From Lingula anatina (lineage: Eukaryota > Animalia > Brachiopoda), in contig CM120649.1 in assembly GCA_051362555.1 (NCBI GenBank), forward strand, positions 7,688,001 to 7,752,000: a DNA stretch of 64,000 nt, written 5' to 3'. Below the pieces are notes generated by a model, which was given only the letters and a program-made list of their open reading frames with translations, ran no database searches and had not been told where the DNA came from. Both the position numbers and the translations under genes were made by a program. Positions 1 through 12,310 of this stretch are shown here, one piece after another (the first letter of the stretch is position 1; every line of letters begins with the position of its first letter).

Positions 1-179
1 CTTTTGATTATATTTCTATAGATGTAGATTAAGTCGAATAATTATTTATAAAATGCAAATTAACATGCTCGTTTCCTTAAAATTCGTACACTACTGCGTA
101 TGATGAGATTGACGAACGCGGTAGGTCTATGCTGCAGTACATCTTTTACGAAAATGACACCAGCTTTTTTCATTTTCAG

Positions 180-1034
180 TACTTTTCGTGGGCGGAAGTG
201 CCCCTCAGTTGGCAAAATATCATGAAAGCAAGGAGAAAAATTCTACAAGACGCATGTCCAAAAAATACCAAAAAAGCACTTGCCACAAACGGAAGCAGCA
301 TTCTGGCTGGTCGTCCATTTCTGTGGGTAGACGACAGACACAGTCTGATTTACTGTGAAATACCAAAAGTGGGCTGTACGAACTTTAAACGTTTGATGTA
401 TGGGCTCACGGCAAACGCAGATATTACAGAATACAAAGACATTGGGGCGTATGAAGTGCACTATAAATATCAGAAGTTTTTGGTGCCCCTGTCTGACTTT
501 TCCGAATTTGGGATCAAGTTCCGTCTTGCAAACTATCTGAAAGTTGTTCTTGTGAGGCATCCATTTGAAAGACTAGTGTCTGCTTACAGGAACAAATTAG
601 AGAAACTCAGCGCTTTTTCACGTCAAATTGGGGCCTATATCAAACCGTTCATGAGATCCCCGGGGATGAAGAGCGCGCCGCAAGAAGGGGACGGAATTTC
701 ATTTGCTGCGTTCGTCAAATACATTAATGTCTATTCTCAGCTTTCTACTAAACCGTTCAACCCGCACTGGAGAACTTACAACGCGTTGTGTAACCCATGT
801 GACGTCAAATATGACGTCATTGTGCGATACGAAACTATCCAACGTGACATTAACATGTTGCTTAAACTGTTGCGCGTGGCTGAGAAGTTCAAGTACCCGG
901 ATGGTGACATGTCATCTGTGTCGTCTGCAGGAGTTTGGAGGTCCTATTTCGCCAACGTGTCCTCTTCAGATCTCAACGAACTGAAGGGAATTTACAAACT
1001 AGACGCTAAATTGTTCAACTACACTTTCAATTAA
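180..1034 (+). CDS. Terminal exon of a carbohydrate sulfotransferase (Sulfotransfer_2, CHST11/CHST9-like)
   Basis: 5'-PSB motif CEIPKVGCTNFK, 3'-PB motif RHPFERLVSAY, NPHW, CNPCDVKYD and C-terminal YKLDAKLFNY. Polypyrimidine acceptor ttttcattttcag at 167-179 suggests the true exon starts at 180 and the N-terminal/TM exons lie upstream of the window. Confidence 0.9.
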   Translation, partial: YFSWAEVPLSWQNIMKARRKILQDACPKNTKKALATNGSSILAGRPFLWVDDRHSLIYCEIPKVGCTNFKRLMYGLTANADITEYKDIGAYEVHYKYQKFLVPLSDFSEFGIKFRLANYLKVVLVRHPFERLVSAYRNKLEKLSAFSRQIGAYIKPFMRSPGMKSAPQEGDGISFAAFVKYINVYSQLSTKPFNPHWRTYNALCNPCDVKYDVIVRYETIQRDINMLLKLLRVAEKFKYPDGDMSSVSSAGVWRSYFANVSSSDLNELKGIYKLDAKLFNYTFN

Positions 1035-2514
1035 AATCTAATGCAGCTTACAAATTTAAAAAAGAAGAGAGTTTTAAAAAAAGAAGAGAGATCGATCTTT
1101 TTACTAGGCCTACTACATAGAGCTTTTTCACCGCATTCAAACCTATACATTATTTATGTCTCCTCATTAACCCGACTGCCAGTTTTACACGTCCCTTCAA
1201 ACTGTTAAAAAGTGCTTACGTTTCCTGTAAGCGTTAACCATAATGTAAAACCTTTTGTGATGTTATGCCGAAATGACATGAGGGAAGTTCAAATATCCAG
1301 AACATCTGTCTGGTAGGCCTATGGGTATAAAAATCGCATCGTATCGTACGTTGTTTAACCTTAGGGATTAAAATCCTGCGGGTGTGCGCAGGAGAATGCA
1401 TCCGCCTTCGTCTCTATTTAGATTCTCTGACCTTTTTCATCCTAGAATACCTGGTGACCAATATTTGCACCCTCATCATCTAGAAAACAACCGCGTGGGG
1501 GTCAGTGTGTCATCAAGCACCGCCAACACAATATGACACCAGGCGAGGAGTGAGGTAGACAAATGTTAAGTTTTCAAACAATCTATTCTTCTAATAGATG
1601 TTCTTTCTGTTTTTTTGTTATTTATGGCACGTTTAAAGTGAAATAGGACTTTAAAGCTATCCTCAGATTGTTTACAATGAAGATTTTTTTATCCTTCTCT
1701 GTATTTTATTTTCTAATCTCTCTAAAGCAGCTAACGGAAAAGAATGCACGGGAAAGCTCGTTTGAAAGGTAGGGCAATGATTTTATTGCAAAATACGAGG
1801 TCAAAAGAAGTCGACAACTTCATTGATGAAGAGTTTTTGTCCTCACTGATGAAGTATCTTTGTCTATCCTTTGCCTTTCAAAACATCACGCTACAATTTG
1901 TCTATGATTTCGTTTCAAATTTTGTTTGTTCTTTAAAATGGCCATGATGTTGTTTTACCTTTCGAGTCCCCCGGTTTGTTCTCAAATAAAGTATATTTTA
2001 CAACTTATGCACCAGCATAAGCAAAACACCTGTTGTCAATCAATGAAAAAAATCATTTTCATACAATGCATTTTTTATTATCATATTTTACAATTTATAT
2101 CACCTTGTACACAATGGCAAAATATACCATTTAGTAGTAATACAAGATGATTTGCACCAAGGCATTGTACGTATAATGTCACAGATGTATTTTAAATGCT
2201 AAATATTACTAATAACTAGTCACTTACTGCATTAAATAAGACAATCACATTTACTGAACATGACGACAACACATATTCGTAAAGGTAAATTACAAACGTC
2301 AGAAACGTTATATAGTATTAATAAAATACAGTCTTCAAAAATCCAGGTTCTCATAACAGCCTCCGCAACAAGCAACGATACATGTTCTTTAGGTAAAATA
2401 CAATAGTACTAGTGGGAAACCTTATTTCCCATCAGGTATGGTAAAACACGTCATGATATACTGGCTTCTGATAATCACGACATCTATTGTACAAGTTATT
2501 ACATGGCTTTGACT

Positions 2515-2740
2515 AGGTTCCCATAACCCCATCGTACTAGCAGTTTCGATCTAATTCAGAAGAGATTCTCGCTAAATTGCACTCAGTTTAAGCGGCTTAA
2601 ATGTCTGGCTACTGAAGCTGCTAGGAGGTAATTAACTTTTGTGCATGTTTTACCTCATATATAAAATGCAATTTAGCAAGAATCCCCTCGGAAACAGAAT
2701 AAGTCTGCTAGTACGACAGGGTTATTGGAATGGGCCCTTA
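2515..2740. mobile_element. MITE (Harbinger-like), same family as 17784-18001
   Basis: Inverted ends ttcccataacccc.tcgtactagcag / ctgctagtacgacagggttattggaa; internal cggcttaaatg, gtaatta and tgcaatttagc shared with the 17.8-kb copy. Confidence 0.6.
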
Positions 2741-3626
2741 GACCCCAGTAGACCATTACTTTAAATAAAAGAAACCTTGATATCTACACTAGTATAAAAT
2801 AGTTAATAAAGCAATACAAACGATGCATTATTTACTGGCTCCACACTAAGTATGCTGGCTACACCTAAAACAATTTTCATTTGGATGATATAGGAATGTA
2901 TAAGGGACACTTGTTATGATTTTATACAGATATCTCATCTAGAATACGAGGAAAGGTTTATCACAATTCATGCGATACATTTGTTTCTGCACTCAGCTAT
3001 TCCCTATGAAATGAAATGTAACAAATATATTTCAAAAATTTTGCTCAAAGTTAACACATAAAATATTTGCAATGGATACACTTGGATTTTGGTAAACAAT
3101 GCACGTTTATACCGCAACATAAAACTAAGACAGCGCCAAGTCATCTCGACTTACAAGACATATGGATTAACTAAACAGCCAAACTTCAACAATGGAGTAC
3201 GGTTTTAAATAGTCTATCAAATTAAACTTTACTTTTTATCTGTTATATTTTAAATTGCGCTTGCAAAATGCTATCTGTACACAGATTACAAATGAAGCAG
3301 TTTCAATGCGATAACATGCAATGTACATAAAGTACTATAGGCCTACATGTTCTTGTAGAATTAAGATACTTTGTCAGACATTTCTCCTATAGCATGCTAA
3401 CTATTTATCATAAATGATATATTTGCCCCTTACGCGGTATATTTGCCCCTTTCTAGAGAACACAAACAGCCGAAAACCTATAAAGAACGGTGATAAACAC
3501 CCATGGATGCGTTGGGAAAATGGTTGTGACCAATATTCTCATATGAACTTGACGTTTGAGAAACATAAATGAAGCACACAGTCTATGAATAACTCGGCTT
3601 AAACCCCCTTGCATTAAATATAAGCT

Positions 3627-3683
<57 letters not shown>

Positions 3684-3789
3684 TGTACAGACATGTTGAA
3701 TGTAGATTTTGCAATATAGAATATTTTACTCGCAAAAGAGAAGATTAAAAATGATACATTATTACAGAAAAGAAAAGGAAAAGTGTGGC

Positions 3790-5130
3790 GCAAAAGTGAC
3801 GCATGCGTCCCATTCTCTTCAAAAGTATGAGTGCGTTCCACGCACCCTGGATGCAAGACAAACTAAAGAAATAAGTACAATTACCATGGCAATGGCATCC
3901 CTGCATGAAAGGATATCGCACTGCCCCCCTGCTACTCGCAAGGCAGACCCTTGCAGCCTTTGCTCTACCTCTACGACACCGATGGCCTCCACTGCACCCA
4001 AAATGTGTAGGGGACGTACGATCCTAAAATTCGTACTTCCGATTGTGATCGAGGTTATATGGGAACTCTACTTAGATAATAGTGTGACATGTGTTTGACT
4101 AGTTGAGGTAAATTTTGTCGTTGTTAAGCCTTGGACCCAACTAAAAGCACGATTTTCAGGACGTACGTTTTTTAGGTTCCTCGCGTCTGGCTGGGCCGTA
4201 GCGAGATCGCAGGGGGGGGAATCAAGTAATTGGGGATTGCAAGGAGTTCGCAAGAAGAAAGTGGGTGGAAAGTACGTGAGAAGCACAGCCTCCGCACGTT
4301 AGAAGTACCTGCTGCGCCTGACGGCATTTCGCACGTGTCCCGTGCGCCCCGTGCATGCTAAGTAGGGGCCTACAAGTTTCGTGCACTACGTACGTTATCC
4401 GTACTAGGAGTACGGGCAACGCAAGGGGAACGCAAGTAGACGTATGTTAACAGACGTAGGGCAGTCTTGTTGACTTCGTACGGTTGTTTTTCGCCTTGCA
4501 CGAGAGTCTTGTGTGTTGAGATGTTTTTTGGGAGGGTATAAAAACTGTGAATGTTTGACGAGATCATTATATCCGCAGCAGTGTTCAAAGATGGTGAGCC
4601 CAATCATGCCTCGCTTGTCCCCGGTCCCCCTCTCCCCACCCTGCTCTTTGTTGTCTTTTTAGGCATAAAAACTAGAAATTCAAGGCATCAATGATTCTTT
4701 TTCGTGCATGCTCCTCCTTGTTAACTCACGATCCGTGCTCACGGAGTGTCAACTACTTACTCAACATGTACGGAGCCCTGGAGATCCACACAATGGGCGC
4801 GTTGCAGTGCGAAGTGGGCACGAAGCAAGAAATAAGTACTTTAACCGTGCTTCTTAACCACGTGCATCCCCCTCACCAATCGCAGTGGAAAAGAATTTCC
4901 TCACGTCACCTGTACTACAGGCGCACAACAGGCAAACGTGTTCCATTTTTTTTTATATTTAGTTGACCGCGCGCAGCGGCTGTTGAACATTTCGAAAAAG
5001 ATCTGCGTGCTGTCTGCGCCCTCCAAAAGGATGGACGTGCTCCTCACGCACGAAATCCTACGTTTTCCCCAATTTTTTGGCCGTAGATCAGATGTTGCAG
5101 CTTGTACGTTGGGTTAGGACACAGGCTAAA
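3790..5130. mobile_element. GC-rich dispersed repeat(s), probably non-autonomous DNA transposon(s), related to 27270-27970
   Basis: 3935-4056 (ctcgcaaggcaga..ctacctctacgac..cacccaaaat..ggggacgtac..atcct.aaattcgt..gaggtt) matches 27848-27966; absent at the paralogous position in unit B. Confidence 0.5.
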
Positions 5131-5330
5131 ATTGCCTTTATATCGTTGTCTCATACAGAAATAAAAATAGAACGGTTTTAGAAATGGTGTCATAAAAAGT
5201 GGATTACCGTTTAAGACACTTTGAAGTATTTGTTAAATGGTGAAATCAGTATACGTCCTGATAATCTCAAGATATGCTACGGAAAAAGGGAAAATCAGAT
5301 TATTGAGCAGAACTGTCTTCTTCTTTTGCT

Positions 5331-8300
5331 CTAATGACACTTTTTGGCTAAATCTTCCATAATATTGACTGTCCTTATGGTAGCGGGGTCTTTGGGACTA
5401 AGTATCTCCTCTCTCAGTGCAAGACATTTTTTGTGATAATCAAGTGACTCTTTATACTCGCCCATGTCATGCAGTGTGTTCCCGATGTTGTAGTAGGAGC
5501 CGGCAGTATCGGGGTGTTTGGGACCAAGTGTCTCCTCTCTCAGTGCAAGACATTTTTTGTGATAATCAAGTGACTCTTTATACTCGCCCATGGCATGCAG
5601 TGTGATACCGATGTTGTTGTAGGAGCTGGCGGTATCGGGGTGTTTGGGACCAAGTGTCTCCTCTCTCAGTGCAAGACATTTTTTGTGATAATCAAGTGAC
5701 TCTTTATACTCGCCCATGGCATGCAGTGTGATACCGATGTTGTTGTAGGAGCTGGCGGTATCGGGGTGTTTGGGACCAAGTATCTCCTCTCTCAGTGCAA
5801 GACATTTTTTGCAATAATCAAGTGACTCTTTATACTCGCCCATGGCATGCAGTGTGATACCGATGTTGATGTAGGAGCTGGCAGTATCAGGGTGTTTGGG
5901 ACCAAGTGTCTCCTCTCTCAGTGCAAGACATTTTTTGTGATAATCAAGTGACTCTTTACACTCACCCATTTTCTGCAGTGTGTTCCCGATGTTGGTGTAG
6001 GAGCTGGCGGTATCGGGGTGTTTGGGACCAAGTGTCTCCTCTTTCAGTGCAAGACATTTTTTGTGATAATCAAGTGACTCTTTATACTCGCCCATGGCAT
6101 GCAGTGTGATACCGATGTTGGTGTAGGAGCTGGCGGTATCGGGGTGTTTGGGACCAAGTGTCTCCTCTCTCAGTGCAAGACATTTTTTGTGATAATCAAG
6201 TGACTTTTTAAACTCACCCATGGCCTGCAGTACATTACCGATGTTGTTGTAGGAGTTGGCGGTATCAGGGTGCTCGAGACCAAGTATCTCCTCTGTCAAT
6301 GCAAGACATTTTTTGTGATAATAAAGTGACTTTTTTAACTCACCCATGGCCTGCAGAACAGTACCGATATTGTTATAGGAGGCGGTGGTATCTGGATGCT
6401 TGAGACCAAGTATCTCCTCTCTCAGTGCAAGACATTTTTTGTGATAATCAAGTGACTTTTTAAACTCACCCATGGCCTGCAGTACAGCACCGACATTGTT
6501 GTAGGAGCTGGCGGTACCGGGGTGCTTGGGACCAAGTATCTCATCTTTCAATGCAAGACATTTTTTGTGATAATCAAGTGACTCTTTAAACTCACCCATG
6601 GCCAGCAGTACATTACCGATATTGTTGTAGGAGCTGGAGGTATCAGGGTGTTTAGGTCCACGTATCTCCTTTTTCAATGCAAGACTTTTTTTGTGATAGT
6701 CAAGTGACTTTCTATACTCACCCATGGCCCGCAGTACAATACCGATATTGTTGTAGGATGTGGCGGTATCAGGGTGCTTGAGACCAAGTATCTCCTCTCT
6801 CAATGCAAGACATTTTTTGAGATAATCAAGTGACTGTTTATACTCACCCATGGCCCACAATACAGTACCGATATTATCGTAGGAGGTGGCGGTATCAGGG
6901 TGCTTGAGACCAAGTATCTCCTCTCTCAATGCAAGACATTTTTTGTAATAATCAAGTGACTCTCTATACTCACCCATGGCCTGCAGTACATTACCGATAT
7001 TGTTGTAGGATGTGGCGGTATCGGGGTGCTTGGGACCAACTATTTTCTCTCTCAATGCAAGACATTTTTTGAGATAATCAAGTGACTGTTTATACTCACC
7101 CATGGCCTGCAGTACAGTACCGATATTGTTGTAGGAGGCGGCGGTATCGGGGTGCTTGGGACCAACTATTTTCTCTCTCAATGCAAGACATTTTTTGAGA
7201 TAATCAAGTGACTGTTTATACTCACCCATGGCCCGCAATACAGTACCGATATTGTCGTAGGAGGCGGCGGTATTGGGGTGCTTGGGACCAAGTATCTCCT
7301 CTCTCAATGCAAGACATTTTTTGTGATAATCAAGTGACTCTTTATACTGACCCATGGCCTGCAGTATATTACCCATATTGTTGTAGGAGGTTGCAGTATC
7401 GGGGTGCTTGGGACCAACTATTTCCTCTTTCAATGCAAGACTTTTTTTGTGATAATCAAGTGTCTCTTTATACTGACCCATGACCTGCAGTACAGCACCG
7501 ATATTGTTGTAGGAGTTGGCGATATCGGGGTGCTTGGGACCAAGTATCTCCTCTCTCAATGAAAGACATTTTTTGTGATAATCAAGTGACTCATTATACT
7601 TACCCATGGCCTGCAGTACATTACCGATATTGTCGTAGGAGTTGGCGGTATCGGGGTGCTTGGGATCAAGTATCTCCTCTTTCAATGCAAGACATTTTTT
7701 GTGATAATCAAGTGACTTTTTAAACTCACCCATGGCCTGCAGTACATTACCGATATTGTCGTAGAGGCCGGCGGTATCGGGGTGTTTGGGGCCAAGTATC
7801 TCCTCTTTCAGTGCAAGACTTTTTATGAGATAATCAAGTGACTCGTTAAACTCACCTATTTCGTGCAGTAAAATACCGATATTGTTGTAGGAACTGGCGA
7901 CATCGGGGTGTTTGGGACCTAGAATTTTAACCTTTTCATGTGACACCGATTTGTAAATATGTAAAGCATCCTTGTAGAGACAAATGCGACAAAAAGTCTC
8001 TGCAATCATTGCTAATTTATCTACACTTTCCAATCTTTCAGATGCATCTTGAGCTTCTATACTTTTAGTTAATAAAGCAGCAGTTTGTTTGATATGTGGT
8101 AACATCAAGGATAAATGATTTGCATCGGTGGCATTAAAATACTCCATTTTAAACCCTTTGAGAGTTTCTATATAATGACTGCAAAAAGCATTTTGGATAT
8201 CAAAAATATAATCGCCATATTCCTGGGCATTGTATTCTGCATATTCCCTTAGTAAAGGGTGGACATCATAGATGTTACTATCTGTACTAATGAGCGATTT

Positions 8301-9472
8301 ATTGACAAGAAGGTCTAGGATATGTTCACAATGATTTTGATCTAACCCTAAAATAACAGAGACTTCTTCCAGGTTAAAAGCAACAGGGAATATATGTAGT
8401 GCAACAAACACCTTTCTCGCCTCCGTTTCTAATGTTTTATAAGAAATATCAAAGCAAGTTTTGATTTCTTCTGGCATGCTGGGAATGGAAAGAGTGGGTA
8501 GCATCTTCTGAGTTTTAAATGTCTCTAATACTGCTTCTGTTTCTTTTTTGTCAAGCAGTGCAGCTAGCAATTTTAATGCAAGGGGGTTATAGCCGCACAT
8601 TTCTGCCATTTCATCTAAGTTCGCTAACTCGCTGTCGGTGGGACTGGTTGATTTTCGTTCCCATAGGACGTCACGCGAGGAGCTTTTATCAAGTTTATCA
8701 ATGTCTAACACAACTATGTTATGTGTTGTGAAATCAAACCTTTCACGACTGGCGCATAACAAACTGATATGTTTTGTTGAATCCATTACATCCTTCAAAA
8801 AATCACTAAACTCCTTCCTATTTGAACTTAAAAAAGACTCATTATTATCTAGGATAAATAGGGTATCAGTAGTCAAACTAGACAAAGTCTGTTTGAATAT
8901 GTTTTGGTAATCAGAGTATAAGTCTTTCAAATGACGTGTTGGGTGATAATGTTGGACAAGCGATAACTTGACAGAATTAAGATCTGTCACTTGTCTCATA
9001 TCAATGTACAGCACGTTTTGCATGCTTTGTCCGACCTTAACTGCTATGCTGGTCTTACCGATACCCCCCATCCCGGTCAGGAGAATGAGTGGAGCTTTAT
9101 CCCTGATATGTTGCTGTATCGTGGTAATGATGTCATCACGACCCTTCAGATCTGTGTTTATTCTTGGTAATGTCGTGGACAGCAGCTGGCAAGGGGTTTC
9201 TGAAAAGATTGCTGAACAATTTAATTTCTAAAAATAAGAAATTGTGAATGCATTTTAATATTGGGCCACCATATTTTTGAACACTATATTTTTGAACACT
9301 ATGTCTGAAAATATACAGCTGGATTGTCAGTGACATGTTAACAATAGTGTTATTAGAATATGAAATTAGTATCACTGCAATTGGTTTTGTCTGTGCTTTT
9401 ATACATGTGACTCAACGCTTTTATATTTATATTTATATCCTCTGTTTTTGTTTTTGTGTACCTTCGCCTGTA

Positions 9473-9512
<40 letters not shown>

Positions 9513-10154
9513 AACGCACACTTGCATTCATATTTTAATCAGTTCTGGTTGTAAAGATGTGAAATATTAAATATTGTGCGGAAATCTACCAGAAGCATCC
9601 AGTGGCTGGATCAGCACCTTGTCGTAGTCATCGCTAGTGTATAATGTTGACAGAGACAGCAGAATAGTTTTCAGATCAGCGAACTGGGTCTTGAAGTCTG
9701 CATCTGAGAGACCTCCTTTATTGTGAGCGAGTTCATTGCGGTATCCCTTCACCCTGCCGATGTTGGCCTCAGTTGAATTGTCCGTGGCAGGAGGTTTGTT
9801 CCATTTTGCATGAGGATTCAAGTTTGTGATATTTCTCAATAAGATTACAGCCAGGGTTATATCCAAGTCCTGCAATGTCACAGGAGGGGCGGGGCTCCCA
9901 GGGGGATATAGAATATCTATTTGGCTGGGGTTCAAAATGTTCCTTCTTTTTAGTCTGAGTAATGAGTGTTTGACTGTTTGGTCATTTAGGACATCAGATA
10001 TCACGCCATTATTTGATGGTCCATACAGCCCTGGATATTGTACTTGTAACTGGTTACTGAGAACATCTTGAAGTACTAGGTTTCCATGATCCAGTAATAG
10101 GTCCATGCGGAAACGGTTTTCTTTCTTCTTTCGTGCAATATTAACGCTGGTCAT
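5331..10154 (-). CDS. NLR-like gene copy 1: HEPN (DZIP3-type) + NB-ARC/STAND NTPase + 20 TPR repeats; two coding exons (10154-9590, 9199-5331), about 1477 aa
   Basis: Phase-1 GT-AG intron 9589-9200 joins ...LDAS to ETPCQLLSTTLPRINTDLKGRD in frame; spliced length 4434 nt is divisible by 3. HEPN signature LYPP..DLDITL..LLRNI..W..P..YRNELAH; Walker A GMGGIGKT; Walker B LFILDN; sensor CASRE; CGYNPLAL (GxP); YDVHPLLREYA (MHD-like); 42-aa KHPDTAxSYxNIGxxL repeats. Confidence 0.9.
5394..7913 (-). repeat. Coding tandem array of 20 x 126-bp TPR (42-aa, TPR_12/nephrocystin-3-like) units
   Basis: 20 consecutive [K/E]HP units counted in the translation; 20 x 126 nt = 2520 nt matches the coordinates exactly. 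Confidence 0.95.
9590..10154 (-). CDS. HEPN_DZIP3-like RNase effector exon of NLR-like copy 1
   Basis: RNELAH (Rx4H) at 9740-9723; donor G|GTAGAT at 9590/9589; acceptor tttcag just before AAATG. Confidence 0.85.
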
Positions 10155-10376
10155 TTCTGAAAGCTACAAAAATCACAAGATGGTTTATAAGGTTTATCAG
10201 GACATTTTCATTTCTCAGAATCGTTTGTTTAACTAAGATTAAAACAAATAGGTCTTGGTGTCAGTTTTAGCTGGTTGCAAGTGCGTTTGGTTGATAAATG
10301 CTGGTCTACAAATGCTTTTCCTCTTTATCCTGGAAATAGAAATAAGTACATGTAGAATTTGAAAGACAAGGACTAC

Positions 10377-10447
10377 TACCAAGCAGGCAAACGACATTGA
10401 TTCTACGTTGATTCAACGGTGAATCAACGTCCTTTGTCTGCTGGGTA
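10377..10447. mobile_element. Mini-MITE / hairpin
   Basis: tacc.agcag.caaa.gac.ttgattc ... gaatcaacgtcctttgtctgctgggta imperfect inverted repeat. Confidence 0.5.
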
Positions 10448-11370
10448 GAAGAACCATCTATGCTGATAAAATGAGATATCTGCTAGAAAGAGTTTCCGAG
10501 GAGTGGAGGAGGACTCTTCAAATAATTGCTCAGATGAGCTTCAAGGCCTTTATACGGTAACAGACAGATATTCTACGTGCATTATATTCCATTTTATTTA
10601 TACAATATAGCGCTGTGTCTAACTGAATTTCTGAATGCCATTAATGTTCTCAAGGATGAAATAAAAAGTGATAAAATGCTAAGTGGAAATAGTACTGCAC
10701 GGGTTAGAACACATACCTATGAATCTGGTCTCATTTTCAGAATAATACATATGCTTTTATTAAGAAAAAAATGCTCTCTTTTTGATCAATTTTACATTTT
10801 ATAAATATTGCACGCGGCGTGTTGTAATGGCGGGAGCCAAAAGCAACAAACCCCTACGCCTATATGTCCCACCAATAAACAAAATACTATTTTTTTAGAA
10901 AGGATAATTTGTAGCTTGCGTGAAAGGCGAATAATAAGGATACTAGGCCCACCTTTACTTGCGCCTGTTCAGTAAGTTTTGGGGTCCTGTGACCTTCGTG
11001 GTATTTTAGTCTAACTTTGACCAAGTAAAATATTTTTCTTGCAAGAATTATTGAATATTAAGTGTGGGCAAGAAATGCTTTGTGCCGCTTCACACTGTGT
11101 AAATATTGCATTATAATACAAACGCTGCAATACAAAGGTGTGACCTTGACCTAAACGTTGTTTGTCTGTGCACTCTAGCAACAGGGCGCAGTGTTTATGA
11201 AAATGAAAAAAGAAGTGCACTTTGGACAAGAAATATGTGTACTGTAAAAATCTAGCAAAAACAACCCTTTATTGCATAACTAAAATTACATGTATATTTA
11301 AGTCGTTAAATGTGAAAATATATAAATTATAAGCACACATAGCATATGTTAATCCAATAAGTAAACTTAC

Positions 11371-11640
11371 CATAAATTAACTTTACACCAACAGACGTGT
11401 GTCGAGCCACTCGCTTCTTCTTTTTCTTTAGAACAATTTTCCAGGTTATGAGCTGAACTTTGGATGTGTATTTGAATATCTAAATTTGTTCAAATAATGC
11501 AACGCTTGAGTTTAATATCTAGCTCTGTTTTTCGGTAGCATACCTGTATGTGTATATTCTGACCTTTTTTCTGACAGTCTGTATCGAACAACGACAGAAA
11601 AGGGTCACGTGACGAAAATCGTCTGGGAATTTTTAGAAGG
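11371..11640 (-). promoter_or_regulatory. Putative non-coding first exon and promoter of NLR-like copy 1
   Basis: Donor G|GTAAGT at 11371/11370 is conserved in the paralogous position (28586/28585). GTCACGTGAC at 11604-11613 and GGGAATTTTT at 11625-11634 lie nearby. Confidence 0.45.
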
Positions 11641-12193
11641 ATTTTTTTTCAGCAGCTTAAAGAGAAGTGTAATTTGATCAATGTTTTCAGTATAGAATTG
11701 AGAAAATGGATTTGGAAATTTAAACAGAATAATTAAAAGAGGACTAATTTTTACCTCCTTTTTACTTGAATAAATATGTTGTTTGTCACATACAATCGCC
11801 TAACTATGGTTTGACCTTAATAAGGCCACTGTGTGTTCAAGGCCATCGTATTCTCGCGAACAAAATGCCATCTCTTTTCAGTGTATAAGGGACGTACCCT
11901 TTATATTTCAATTAGTATCAAAATGTCAAATGACTCATTCCGGACCTTACATTACCCCTATCTTCTATGTTGCTTTGCTTTGGACTGCAGAAGGTAACTC
12001 AAACATGACATAAATCAAGAAGAAATGTAATCGTCAATCGACTGCCATTTGTTTACGTTACATCAGCGTATATACGACTTGCATTATTCGAAAGGTGCGA
12101 TGTGCGCATGACCGGAATTGTGCACTGCAGGGGTCAAAATAGTACCGGAAGCGTTGTTGACAGCGATAGGAACACATGATGGAAGCATAAGAC

Positions 12194-12310
12194 ATGCCGG
12201 GGGCGATATTAAACAAGCCATTTGAGGCGACAACGGTGCCGGAGTTGAAAAGTTGGTTAAAATGTAGGAATGCCCGCACATCAGGCAAAAAAGAAGAGCC
12301 ATTAAAAAGG
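12194..12310 (+). pseudogene. SAP-like exon of the transposon's second gene
   Basis: TVPELKSWLKCRNARTSGKKEEPLKR resembles a SAP motif and is followed by donor AG|GTATGT; a decayed next exon near 12723 encodes ..KILDPDG.. Confidence 0.55.

Noticed and set aside
129-179. ATG at 129 as the sulfotransferase start
   Set aside because: No type II membrane anchor, and a strong acceptor at 178-179 indicates this stretch is intronic.
5417-7483. Plus-strand repeated Cys/Arg-rich ORFs (MQDIFCDNQV...), also at 19610-20656
   Set aside because: Antisense shadows of the TPR arrays, broken by stops.
5394-7913. CRISPR-like regularly spaced repeats
   Set aside because: The period is exactly 126 nt with no unique spacers; the region is fully explained as coding TPR units in a eukaryotic gene.
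9567-10154. Stand-alone 195-aa and 251-aa (22266-23021) proteins, possibly a toxin-antitoxin-style partner gene
   Set aside because: Both ORFs run past a conserved donor into intron or microsatellite sequence and splice in frame to the NTPase exon.
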